From assembly GCA_963733675.1 (NCBI GenBank), contig CAVTET010000004.1, positions 160,001-224,000 of the forward strand: DNA of 64,000 nucleotides, written 5' to 3'. Under the pieces are notes generated by a model. That model made no database searches and was not told the origin of the DNA. It saw only the letters and a list, made by a program, of their open reading frames with translations. Made by a program: the position numbers and the translations under genes. The stretch comes from an uncultured Methanosarcinaceae archaeon (GTDB lineage Archaea; Halobacteriota; Methanosarcinia; Methanosarcinales; Methanosarcinaceae). Shown piece after piece: positions 12,448 through 22,985 of the stretch (position 1 is its first letter; each line of letters starts with the position of its first letter).

Positions 12448-13421
12448 GTTTATTAGAATCCCCAAAAACGACTGGACAATTAGCATGTGAGCTAAACTAT
12501 GTTAATAAAAAAGGCATTGCAGGTTACAGTACAATTAGGAACGATTTACAAGATCTTGTAGAAAATGGATACATTGAAGGTGAAAAGGTAAAATCCGGGA
12601 AACTGGGAATCCCTCCAACATTATATTCAACTACCCTAAACATTCAGAATCTGAAACTGATACTGGAAGAGTATCCTCGCTTGATGCCAAAAATGCAAAA
12701 AAACGCTTCCATTTCCAAAAATATATTATCTCATTATTCGGATATAATTTATGGTTCAAATGATAGTGAATATTATAGCACCTTTGGGGGAAATGGAAAT
12801 GAAGGCTGGTCTATAGAGTCTAGGGAACTATTTATCCACGCCATGTATTCATTTTCTGATCCACTTTCTGATTCACTTAAGAAGGATTGGGAAGAAAATT
12901 CAGGAGATAAACTTTTTGAAAACACAAAAAGAGATTTTGAGAAAAAATTACAATTGTCCCCTGAATTCTTCAGACTTTTTCTGACCAATGACAAGAATAA
13001 ATTAATGATAGATATTAAACAACTTTCTGAGCTGTCAGAAAATAACATAATATACCTAACGGATTGGGACTATGAGCATCATCCAGATAACTCGCTATCG
13101 ATATTTGCAATAACTTTATCCATCAACATAGCATTCGAAGCATGCGTTTCCATGGATATAATAAAAGGACAATCAAATAGAGAAGCTATAAAATACTTAA
13201 CACAAAAAAAGAACGAAATATCAGATGCAGAAATTGCACATTTAAGAAACTATTATATGCATACTAAACTTGCACCTGAGTTTCTTAAAGGGAAAAAATT
13301 AATTCCCATCAAGAACCCCAAACTTGAAAAGATAGAACGAGAATTCAAAGACCATGGAGGAGATTACCTAGTTTATTATACTCCGATAAACCGGGGATAT
13401 AATAACAGGATAGTCTACTAG
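12411..13421 (+). CDS. Winged-helix transcriptional regulator with an uncharacterised C-terminal domain
   Basis: N-terminal KTTGQLACEL...YSTIRNDLQDLVENGYIE wHTH, divergent from the AbrB-like gene. Confidence 0.7.
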   Translation: MKTETNKELIIGSLLESPKTTGQLACELNYVNKKGIAGYSTIRNDLQDLVENGYIEGEKVKSGKLGIPPTLYSTTLNIQNLKLILEEYPRLMPKMQKNASISKNILSHYSDIIYGSNDSEYYSTFGGNGNEGWSIESRELFIHAMYSFSDPLSDSLKKDWEENSGDKLFENTKRDFEKKLQLSPEFFRLFLTNDKNKLMIDIKQLSELSENNIIYLTDWDYEHHPDNSLSIFAITLSINIAFEACVSMDIIKGQSNREAIKYLTQKKNEISDAEIAHLRNYYMHTKLAPEFLKGKKLIPIKNPKLEKIEREFKDHGGDYLVYYTPINRGYNNRIVY

Positions 13422-13502
13422 AATTAAGATTTTGACAGTTTAATTCTGTCTATTTCTGGTTTTCAGTTTGGGTGCACAAATCCTATATTAAAAAGTTATT
13501 TT

Positions 13503-14792
13503 TTAAGTTATTTTAGCTAACAGTTCGTTAAGTCTCGTTTCTACCATTTCCTCCATTTTCTTTTCGAGTAGGCGTTCTAATTCGGAATCTATCGGCTTCA
13601 TTTTCTCGATTTCTGTCCTTAATTCCTGCAGTTCAGAACGCTCTACGACATGCCGTGCTGTCTCAGCCTGTAATATTTGGTTTTCCTGCTTAATCCTGAG
13701 ATATTCCTGGCTTTCGCTTATGTCAGTCTCTTTTTGTATTGTGAGATAAGGCACACAAGTTTTGAATCGTTCTTTTAATTGATCTGCATCGTGCCAGAAG
13801 TAGGTCCTATCTGTTGAGTTAGCTTTGTGTCCAAGCATATGATCAACAAAATAAAAATCAAATCCTGCGTTGATAAGTGCGGAGTTGAAATACTTTCTCA
13901 TGTTGTGGCTTCTTACTATTGCCCATCCATTGGGATTTTCTTTTCCGCACTTCTCAGAGAGCCGAGCATACAATCTATTGAACGAATCATCAGTATACTT
14001 ACGTACGTCTTCCTTTGCTTGCCATTGTTCATCTGTTCCACAAGGCATTTCGAGGTATTTATCTGAAATATTCCTGAGAACGAAGAGATAACCCTCATCT
14101 CTAGTTACAAGTTGTTTTTCTAACTGAGTCCTGCGTACGGGGTTCATTCCTTTCTTCGGAGCCCTGTTTCTGAACTTGATATAATAATTAACTGCATTAG
14201 AGGCTTCTGGTGTTAAAAATGTGCAGAACAGAACTCCTGTTTTAGTCCTTCTCAATTTCAGTGTAGTAATTCCTGTTTCAGGGTCGTAATTTCCCTTGAA
14301 ATCGCTTATTCTCAAATTGCATATGTCAGCGGCGGCTAGTCCACTTGAAATACCAGTGAGAACAATAGCTTTTTCTAGCACGTCAGCGACTTTGAGCACG
14401 TCACAGATATCATCTTTCAAAATTTGTTTTGTGTTTTCCTTCTTAGGCTCAACAACATTGTTACCTTGTAACTTTGGGACTTCTACATAGAAAGCTTTGT
14501 AAAAACTGACTACACAGTTAATATAGTTCCTGACTGAAGTGGGCGCAAAATTGTTTTCCAAGTATTTCCTGAAACCAAGTAATCGAGTAAGAATTTTACG
14601 CCTTCTCATAATTATTTGCTTTGAAGCTTCATCTTCCGCTTCAGTCAATAATTCATCTGGTGTTAAGCCAGTAAATTGAATATACTGATTGAAACCGATT
14701 AGGTAGTTATCCACTGTCTTAGGTTTCTTTCTAATAATGTCTATCCACTGTATTATAACAGGATCGTTCTTCAAGTCTGTGTAATTCGTCAT
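13503..14792 (-). CDS. Tyrosine recombinase / integrase
   Basis: SSGLAAADICNLRISD (Ala where the box I Arg usually sits), HNMRKYF, HMLGH and catalytic Tyr in DRTY. SAM-like N-terminal domain and coiled-coil tail. Confidence 0.9.
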   Translation of the reverse strand: MTNYTDLKNDPVIIQWIDIIRKKPKTVDNYLIGFNQYIQFTGLTPDELLTEAEDEASKQIIMRRRKILTRLLGFRKYLENNFAPTSVRNYINCVVSFYKAFYVEVPKLQGNNVVEPKKENTKQILKDDICDVLKVADVLEKAIVLTGISSGLAAADICNLRISDFKGNYDPETGITTLKLRRTKTGVLFCTFLTPEASNAVNYYIKFRNRAPKKGMNPVRRTQLEKQLVTRDEGYLFVLRNISDKYLEMPCGTDEQWQAKEDVRKYTDDSFNRLYARLSEKCGKENPNGWAIVRSHNMRKYFNSALINAGFDFYFVDHMLGHKANSTDRTYFWHDADQLKERFKTCVPYLTIQKETDISESQEYLRIKQENQILQAETARHVVERSELQELRTEIEKMKPIDSELERLLEKKMEEMVETRLNELLAKIT

Positions 14793-14832
14793 CTAACCAG
14801 TTTTTATACATTCTAACAAATAAATACGTTTT

Positions 14833-15009
14833 CATACTAAAAGCCGCACATTAAATCACCACGTCCATTCCAAAGAAGTCCTTGTCGAAATGACCCACGA
14901 AATCATGAGTGAGTTACTTTTGGAAAGCCACGTCAAGTTCCGACGTGTGGGAGTTCGGATAAGTTCTCTTCTGAAAAGAAAAGGTCAGAAGAGTCTTTTT
15001 GACTATTGA
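14833..15009 (+). pseudogene. dinB: Orphan 3' fragment of DNA polymerase IV (DinB/Dbh): little-finger end and PIP box
   Basis: Translates HTKSRTLNHHVHSKEVLVEMTHEIMSELLLESHVKFRRVGVRISSLLKRKGQKSLFDY*. RRVGVR is typical of Y-family little-finger domains and QKSLFDY is a PIP box. In-frame stop at 14821 and no start upstream of the fragment. Confidence 0.75.
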
Positions 15010-17505
15010 ATCTAGATTCTTTTGCCGTTGTGACCAATTTTAATGTGGAATCTGCCAGAAGCAATATTATTGAGTTTATCCAAAAAGACATTCTGCTTCA
15101 ATCGCTAAGAATTATTAGGATCTCTGTCATAATTAAAACCTCTATTAGTCACTTACAATGCAAGATTCTAAAAGCAAATTTTGAGTTTTTGGTGAAGAGG
15201 ATCTTGTCCAATAAGCTAGTTGATACTTTCATCTAAGAATTTATTTTGTAAACAGTTACTCGATTTCTAACCTAATCTGCATGTTGGAAGCCAAAGACGA
15301 CACCTCATAGAAAATTGAATGCAGAGGTAGAGTATGTGACTTTTTTGGGTAAGCGTCGCCTAATCATTGATAGACTACCAGTTTTAGTATCAGCTCATTA
15401 ATATAAAAGATAATAGAATATATTGAAAATAGTTAATTATTTTCATGGGCAATAAATGGGGTCTTTGTTCATAAATTATTGAAAATGGTGAATATTAGAC
15501 TGTATTTACGTTATTTCAAAAGGTGAAAAATATACTCGTTTTTCAGATTTTAGCACTTCACTAGCTCAGGCTGGATGATCTCAAGACCATCACTACTTAT
15601 TTTCACCTTCTTAAACGATGATGTCCAAAATAGCTGTATCTTTCATCCGCAAATATATATTAACATAATATATAATCAACTTCCCACAAGTACACACAAA
15701 AATGCCATCCATTTTCTTAATATGGCAGTAGCTTAAAAACGAACATGAAATTCTTCAAATAATAGGCACAAACAGCGGAAAATATATTCCACTTTACTTT
15801 TTTGACTATTAATTTCATCATTACCTTGGGCAGGAAGATTATTCAAATTCTGTTTTTCACAACTGCCTGAAAACTAAGAAGTGAATGACCATGAAGCCTC
15901 AAATGTGACTTTGATTACGGATATTAAATTGATCTTTTAGGCAATTCCAGAATAAATAGATTAAGTGACCTAAATTGTCAAAAATAGTAAACAAATCTCG
16001 TGGTTCAGACATTCATAAACATTTTTTCATTGCTACCTCTTCAGGTATATTAGGTGAAAAATAATAAAATGTTTCGATGGAGGTGATATTGGAATTTTAG
16101 CTTTTAAAGGTTGGAGAATATCTGAAAAATGTTATGCCTTTGCATGTGAATCAACAAGTGATTTATTAAATTTTTATTTATTGCTCCTTCCATATAGCAT
16201 CTACGTTTTATAATTGGAAATAAATGAAATCTGAAAACATTTTGTTCCTAAAAAGAAAAATAAAATAGATTCAAAATTAATTTCGCAACTTACACTTAAT
16301 AATATAACCCAGCTATCAAAAGTTTTTGCAAAATATCATAGCATATTTCGTTCATGCATTTGGCTTCACGAAAAACAGGACGAAAAAATGGCATGTATAA
16401 TAACTGAAGCTCATACTATTCTTTCCTCTGAAATGTTTAATCGAAACGGTGTGCTTATAGATATTTTTGGGAAAAACGATATCTTAGTCGGTAAGGAATT
16501 TATTTAGGGAAGACAGTCAATTAAGATGATAAAAAACCTTTCACCAAATGTTCGTAAAAGAAATGTTTAGATAAGAGAAATTTTGAGGCCATAAAAAAAT
16601 CTCAAAATGCGGTAGTAGGCTTTAGAAGTATCTATTGCGTCAAAATAAAAATAGAATAATTGGTAGGCTAAATATTTAAGATCATTTTATACAGTTAAGA
16701 CTGATTACAGTTACTGAAAACCGAAACAAATTTAATTTAGACAATTCCAAAAGATGTTCAAAAGTCTCATATTCAAACTTCTGACTTAAAAAGAAGCTTA
16801 TTAGTTATTTAGCTACCCAAAATCAGTCTAGTAATATTTCATTTAGTTTAAAAAATGTGCAATTGTCAATCCATTCAAAAATATAAAACAAAATCAATAA
16901 TCAACAATTAAAGAGACTGATTTTGAAAACACTTGGCCATAATAAGTTAAATAAGATGGATAATAATGCTTTTTCTCAAGCTGAATAATTAAGAAGTATA
17001 TTTTATTTCATTTTAATTATCACAAAAATTTAATAAATCAAGTAAGCATACTTAATATAGATACTTTATTATTTTCTGGGCTTTCGATTGATTAGAGTCA
17101 TTTAATTTTGGAAATAATTATCATTTTCGATTATCCCAGAAGATACTAAAAGTCTCTAAATTAAGACAAATTCGCAATCCAATTTAATCCGTTTAATGTG
17201 GATATTGGATTGATATAGAGGAGGGACAGAAGAGAGAGATTACTAACACTAAGAATTGGCTAGTTGGTGCTCAAAGATTTATATATTACAAATTAGGCAT
17301 CAAAAAAGTATAATTTGCTAGCTATGAAAGGATCAGAGGGTCCTTATTTAAGTCCCAGCGAAAAAGGGAATTGTCAAAAGCAATTTAAATAAGACCTTAA
17401 AAATGGGAATCCTTTGAAGATTAACTAGATTCTTGAAAATGAGATTGAAATCTAAAATAAAAGAATTTTTTTCCAAAGCTGAAAGCTGATTGAGGAGTTG
17501 AATCT

Positions 17506-17625
17506 ATGACAGAAAAAAAGAAGGAAGAACCAAAGAAAGAAGAAGAAACTAAAGTAGAGCCCATACACCCCTCTGAAAAAGAAAGGGGCGGTAAAAAGAA
17601 GGGGCTTCTAGATACTTGTAAGTGA
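17506..17625 (+). CDS. 39-aa Lys/Glu-rich small protein
   Basis: GAGGAG SD 8 nt before ATG. MTEKKKEEPKKEEETKVEPIHPSEKERGGKKKGLLDTCK*. Confidence 0.55.
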   Translation: MTEKKKEEPKKEEETKVEPIHPSEKERGGKKKGLLDTCK

Positions 17626-17783
17626 ATAAGCTCCTATTTAGTAGTGGGGATGAGTATGTAATCAACTCAGAAAAAAATGAGCTCGCCCTTGTTTGGAAAA
17701 TATACAGAGACTCATATGCGTATAGTATTCAGCAACTCACCTCACAATCTGAAAGTCAAACCGAATATTTATGATTTAAAATA

Positions 17784-17876
17784 CAGAGGATTTCGAAAAA
17801 CCCCTAAATTTCATCATATGCTTACAAATAGTATATGGATGACTCATGAAAATCGGAGGTTTCTCAAAATCCTCTA
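17784..17876. mobile_element. ~93-bp MITE family 1, copy A
   Basis: TIRs AGAGGATTTCGAAAAACC ... GGTTTCTCAAAATCCTCT. Confidence 0.8.
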
Positions 17877-19163
17877 CAATAAACTAATGAATCAATTTTT
17901 TTTGAAAATAAATTTGTGGTAATTCTGGAAGAAATCTTTTCTTTCTCCCGAAGTCATATAAGAGAAAGCAGTTAGCACATCCTCTCTCCAAAAAAAGAGC
18001 TTAAAAGTATTTCTTTACTCTGCTAAGGTAAATCTACTCTTTTTAAGGTTTCAGCTGAGTAATTGCATAAGAGTTGGTTATTGAGTTAGGAAAGAAATTT
18101 GACTTTCTCTAACGCAACTTTTCAAAATCTCCCTGATATAAATGAAGATTTTTATAAAAAATAACTAGCCTATAGCATTAAATTTCGGTGTCTTAGAAGG
18201 ATAGGAGTATGAGTTTGTCTGAAGCAAGCATCAATACTCTGTTCCTAATATTATGTGAATATCTATGGACAATCCCACTTCCTGTAGATGTCACAAGAAT
18301 TCCACTTATTTTCTCAATATGACAGTAGATTAAAAATTGATTTAACTTTGCAAATATTTCACTTCGGAAAAACAGTGTCATTGACCATTTTTACTAAGAT
18401 TCAATGAGTCGATTTCAGTGAGCTGATTTTAAATAACTATAGTCTATTGATTATGTTTTCTTTCCCCATCAATTAATACTCAGAAGTGCCTATTGCATCA
18501 AAATAGATACAACAAACTTATTTTAGGTAGGCTATAATAGTATGATATTTGATTGGCAAAGTTGTTTATTTGATCCACTTTTTTATTTGTTGCAAAAAAG
18601 ATGTATTTTTGCACTGATCCAACATTGCAACAATATTGAAAATTGGTTCGCCATCCTCAAACTTATATTCACATACATTAAAAGTATTTTCAGTTACCTC
18701 AATGTGCTTTTCAAGAATTCCTTAATCCTATTTTTGGATTTAGCTTCGATTACATATTCTAGCCTTCCCTCATCTTTTTTTGAGAGAACTCTCTGTCAAA
18801 AAATATCTATCCATATATAAAGGTTTCCAGCTTTACTCTCATTATTTCAATCCTTTAAAATAGGCATTTTCCGAAGGGGGCAAGTATTCTTTGCCTAAAT
18901 AATTTAATACTTATGGAATGCTTAGAGTCACTAATCCAACGGCCTTTGTTAAGGGCTGAAGGGACCCCTTGAATCTTTTTATTTTTGTTTAACCCTCAAA
19001 ATCATCGGCTTATTTGTAAAATGAGTTTATTTTTGTCACCATGTCAGAAGTGGTTTCAAATACCTCTAACCAGTAGTGATACACATTGAAATTAAAAAAC
19101 TTTATCATAGCTACAGTCAGATCACCTATAACATAGCATTGGTGCCTAACTGTCGATACAATA

Positions 19164-19254
19164 TAGAAAATTTTGATAAACTTCGATTTTAACGAGTCAT
19201 ATATATACAAATTCTAAGAATAGGACAAAATTAATGGTTTCTCGAAATCCTCGA
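19164..19254. mobile_element. MITE family 1, copy B
   Basis: TAGAAAATTTTGATAAAC ... GGTTTCTCGAAATCCTC. Confidence 0.75.
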
Positions 19255-19730
19255 GATATCATATTGTTTTTTTTGCATGAATTATCGTGAAAAACTTCAT
19301 TTAGGCAATGATATAATCAACGATTTTGAAATATATTCGCTTTAAAATGGTAAGAGATATCTTTTTGAGTTCGATGTAATCTCTACTGATGATGATCATT
19401 TACATCTTTTCATTGGTGCTGAACTAAAAGATTCTCTTTCAATAGTGATGCAGATTATAAAAAGTACCATAGCAAGAAAAGTTGTTAAAGAATACTATGA
19501 GATTAAAAAGCAGTTGTATTTGATAGGCTTTGGAGCGATTGATGTCACATTGAAACCGTAAGTGATGCTATAACTTCAGATGTACCTAAAAATGACGTTC
19601 AAAACTAGGGCAAGCAGAAAGAAAAAGAAGTATATTAAGTAAATGAGAATATTTTATTTTGAATAATTTCCACATATCCAGAGCAAGTGAGCTACTAAAT
19701 CCATTGCTTGCAACGGAGCCGGATACCGAA
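19255..19730 (+). pseudogene. Degenerate IS200 TnpA (Y1 HUH transposase), 5'-truncated by a MITE
   Basis: Fragments RYHIVF, DDDHLHLFIGAE, VMQIIKSTIARK, EIKKQL, with frameshifts. Confidence 0.8.
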
Positions 19731-19811
19731 ATTTGAAGTAGGATTATAATATTTAGTTTATGTAACTTACTGGGAAAAGTTGAAAATAATCCATTGTTTA
19801 TAAAAAATTAA

Positions 19812-20444
19812 TTATGTAATATCCTCTTCGTCCCCTGCATCAAATTCCTTGTAACTGTCGCTTCCTACCATTGCGGCCGAGATAGAATCAATGCCATCAA
19901 GCCATTCCGCAACAATACCATAAGGAAGTTCAGCCATAACATTTTCGGGCAAGCTTTTCCCTTTGAGCACAAGTGCACCACATTGTGCAGTATAATCAAG
20001 AGCAAGTTCAAGGTTGTCGGAGGCTTCAGCCTCAACGGCTGCTTTTACCAGTTCCTCGATATTTGCTCCTTCTTCATAGTCACCCATAATATAACATTCA
20101 AAAGCGACAAGCGTCCCCATAAGAGAGGTCTGGATCGAGTCAATCATAAGATCGATATCTTCGGAAATTGGTTCTACCTCGGAAAGTACTATGTCCCTGA
20201 TTTCCTTCAGAATTTGTAGAGCTTGTTCTCTTAAGACAATACCTTTTTCAAAGCGAGCAGTCAATTTTAGGCAAGCTAGGATAACATCATCGACCATATT
20301 CACAAATATGGCACTTTCTTTTCCGGCTTCGTCTTCCGTTTCCTTTATCTGGAAACCGCTCTCTTTTGCCCGTCCGAGCCAGTTTTCCCAGCGCTTTTGG
20401 GTGTAGAATTCATAGGGGACCTGGTTCATTTCCTGTTCAGGCAC
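19812..20444 (-). CDS. Conserved archaeal protein (DUF2150-like)
   Basis: FYTQKRWENW start, acidic protein, located with UPF0179 and egsA. Confidence 0.7.
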   Translation of the reverse strand: MPEQEMNQVPYEFYTQKRWENWLGRAKESGFQIKETEDEAGKESAIFVNMVDDVILACLKLTARFEKGIVLREQALQILKEIRDIVLSEVEPISEDIDLMIDSIQTSLMGTLVAFECYIMGDYEEGANIEELVKAAVEAEASDNLELALDYTAQCGALVLKGKSLPENVMAELPYGIVAEWLDGIDSISAAMVGSDSYKEFDAGDEEDIT

Positions 20445-20523
20445 TTATAACACCGCTTCAACCTTTTTATTTATTATTAATAAGTAATCAATCCTACTAT
20501 TACTAAAGTGTGTCCATCTACAT

Positions 20524-20973
20524 TTACCAGGCTAATTTCACTTTTTTAAGAGAATAGCCGGTTTCACACTTAGAGTCAAGGCTTTCAAGCACCTCTACAA
20601 TTTTACATTTGTCTCCTCTTGAAAGTCCTTCAGGATGACATATCGCATACATGCTGCACTCCTTCTTATCGCATTTTGGAATCTCATAACCAATTTTTGC
20701 TCCGTCGACTGCTTTTCTTGATTCTATTGTAGTCAATATAGGAGCCCTGCTCACGTCCACAGCAAGTACCCCGTTATCATGCAGGAAACATTCATGGATA
20801 TCGTTGCTTCTTACTCTTTCTATCCTGTACCTACGTCCAGGTTCAAGGTTAAGGCAGGTGTTCTTTAGCCGACATTTTTTGCATTCAGGCATTTCACCTT
20901 TGAATATGAATTCCAGCCCTTCCCTTGCAAGCCGTGATCCGATAAGTGTAATTTTAGTATTGCTCTCTGTCAT
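20524..20973 (-). CDS. UPF0179 family protein
   Basis: ITLIGSRLA, CKKCRLKNTCLNL, HEC, CHPEG. Confidence 0.85.
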   Translation of the reverse strand: MTESNTKITLIGSRLAREGLEFIFKGEMPECKKCRLKNTCLNLEPGRRYRIERVRSNDIHECFLHDNGVLAVDVSRAPILTTIESRKAVDGAKIGYEIPKCDKKECSMYAICHPEGLSRGDKCKIVEVLESLDSKCETGYSLKKVKLAW

Positions 20974-21233
20974 AATACTCTTCCATTCAATTTTTATGGC
21001 CTGTGCCAGTTTTTGAGGGATGCCTGGAGCTTATCCCTAAATAAGTAAAATCCAATTATTTGAATCGATTTGAAATGAGATATAGATTAAAAATAAATGA
21101 CTATGGATTAATCTAATACACTTTAGAAGGGAATGATTTTCCTTAAGCTTTAAATAGACTATTCATCCAGCCTTAAATTAATGTATTTTAAACATACACT
21201 GATTTTCTGCTTCGATTGGATAAGAACAGCTTT

Positions 21234-22304
21234 TCAATTTATGACCTTTGTGATTCTTGCAACTTTTTCAGCAGCCGAGGGGGTCAGCCCTTTCCCGAGA
21301 ATTGTGTACCGCTCAGGGCGGATCTTATGTGCATGTAACAGGGCTTCGACTATATATCTGTCTTCTATGCCCAATTCTTCTGCATTTATGGGAGCACCTA
21401 TCTTTTTTAAGGCTTCCCTGATTTCCTGCCAGTTACCTCCGTGAAGGTACATCATCATGATTGTGCCGACACCACACTGTTCTCCGTGAAGCGCTGGTTT
21501 TGGGACTATCCTATCTAGGGAATGACTGAACATATGTTCCGATCCTGATGCAGGTCTTGAAGAGCCTGCAATACTCATTGCAACCCCGTTAGAGACCAGA
21601 GCCTTTACTACAAGCCTTGCAGAAATCTCATGCTCTGGCTTGATAGAGTCTGCAGACTCTATAATTACCCGAGCAGCCATGCGGGCGAGAGCTGCGGCAT
21701 ATTCTCCAAAGTACTCGTTAAGGAGTCTGCTTGCGAGTTCCCAGTCTAGAACTGCCGTATAATTTGAGATTATATCTCCACAACCAGCTGCAAGGAAATT
21801 GAATGGAGCTGCAGAAATGATTTCAGTATCTGCAATGACCGCAATTGGAGCCTTCGCTTTTATTGAAGTATTTTTTCCATTATCCACAATTGAGGCATGG
21901 GAAGACGCAATGCCATCGTGAGAAGCTGCAGTTGGAATACTGATGAAGGGTAGATCTAGCTTGGTTGATGCGAGTTTTGCAAGATCTATAGATCTGCCAC
22001 TTCCGACTCCAAGAAGAAAATTTGCTTCTGTTTCAAGAGCTCTTTCTATAACCTTGTCAACTTCTTCCATAGTAGTTCTACAAGTTCGAACTGTCTCTGC
22101 ATTGCTTCCAGTACTTCGAAGTTCATCACAAACTTTCTTGCCTGCAATGCCCCATGTAGTGCTGCCGGTTACTATTAGTGCATTTCCTGTCAATTTCAGG
22201 TCTCTGCATACATACCCAACATCCTCAATCACCCCGTGTCCGACGAGTACATCTCTGGGAAGCTGCATTAATTTCGAGCTATTTTTTTTGAAGGTCAATT
22301 TCAT
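21234..22304 (-). CDS. egsA: sn-glycerol-1-phosphate dehydrogenase
   Basis: [41 protein letters not shown]. Confidence 0.95.
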   Translation of the reverse strand: MKLTFKKNSSKLMQLPRDVLVGHGVIEDVGYVCRDLKLTGNALIVTGSTTWGIAGKKVCDELRSTGSNAETVRTCRTTMEEVDKVIERALETEANFLLGVGSGRSIDLAKLASTKLDLPFISIPTAASHDGIASSHASIVDNGKNTSIKAKAPIAVIADTEIISAAPFNFLAAGCGDIISNYTAVLDWELASRLLNEYFGEYAAALARMAARVIIESADSIKPEHEISARLVVKALVSNGVAMSIAGSSRPASGSEHMFSHSLDRIVPKPALHGEQCGVGTIMMMYLHGGNWQEIREALKKIGAPINAEELGIEDRYIVEALLHAHKIRPERYTILGKGLTPSAAEKVARITKVIN

Positions 22305-22444
22305 ACCTACATCAGTATTTGATCATAATAAATGACAAATTGGGTTTTATAAGCCCGCATATATGTCATAAGTCACAAATCACGAAGATCGTTTGCTTAC
22401 TGGGATGTTAATATATATCAATCTTTATTACAGGCAGCTTAATC

Positions 22445-22537
22445 TAGAGGATTTTGATAAACCTCCAATTTTCACGAATAAAATATATACAATTTATAAG
22501 ATATGACAAAATTAAAGAAATCATTAAATTCGTTCTA
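22445..22537. mobile_element. MITE family 1, copy C (right TIR decayed)
   Basis: TAGAGGATTTTGATAAACCTCC plus the conserved internal sequence. Confidence 0.7.
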
Positions 22538-22892
22538 AAAATTACTACTCTATACAACAGATTCTCTATTATTAGCGGACACCTAATTTCAGGTACTTAC
22601 CTTAATATGTTGATTTAATTCATCAACCGAATTCATGATTTACTTGAATCTAGTACACTATTCAAGATTAATTTTTTCAAAATACTTTTATTCAGAATAA
22701 AATGTGGGCCATTAGTTACTGAAAACCTGGAGAGGGGGAGATGTACTTTATTTATACTTCCCTCAAATACAAGAAATATACCAGTTTTTAAAATTGATCA
22801 ATAATTAAGAACATGATGCATAATTAATTTAGCTATTATTCTATAGGATTACTCCTAGATGTGTGATTTAAGACTCACAATTACATAGATTA

Positions 22893-22985
22893 TAGAAAAT
22901 TTAGATAAACCCCTAGATTTTATCATATTCTTATAAACAACATATAAATGATTAGTAAAAATCAGAGGTTTATCGAGATCCTCAA
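22893..22985. mobile_element. MITE family 1, copy D
   Basis: TAGAAAATTTAGATAAACCCC ... GAGGTTTATCGAGATCCTC. Confidence 0.75.

Larger units (their letters stand above)
7232..14860. mobile_element. Integrative element (phage-satellite-like or integrated plasmid) encoding a family A DNA polymerase
   Basis: Integrase + divergent regulators + replication module + TerS-like gene. The right border abuts a dinB 3' fragment. The left border is uncertain (TTAAATCACC at 7232-7241 and 14851-14860). Confidence 0.75.

Noticed and set aside
15555-15630. TAGCTCAGGCTGG resembling a tRNA D-arm near the integrase
   Set aside because: No T-loop (GTTCRA) or acceptor stem follows.
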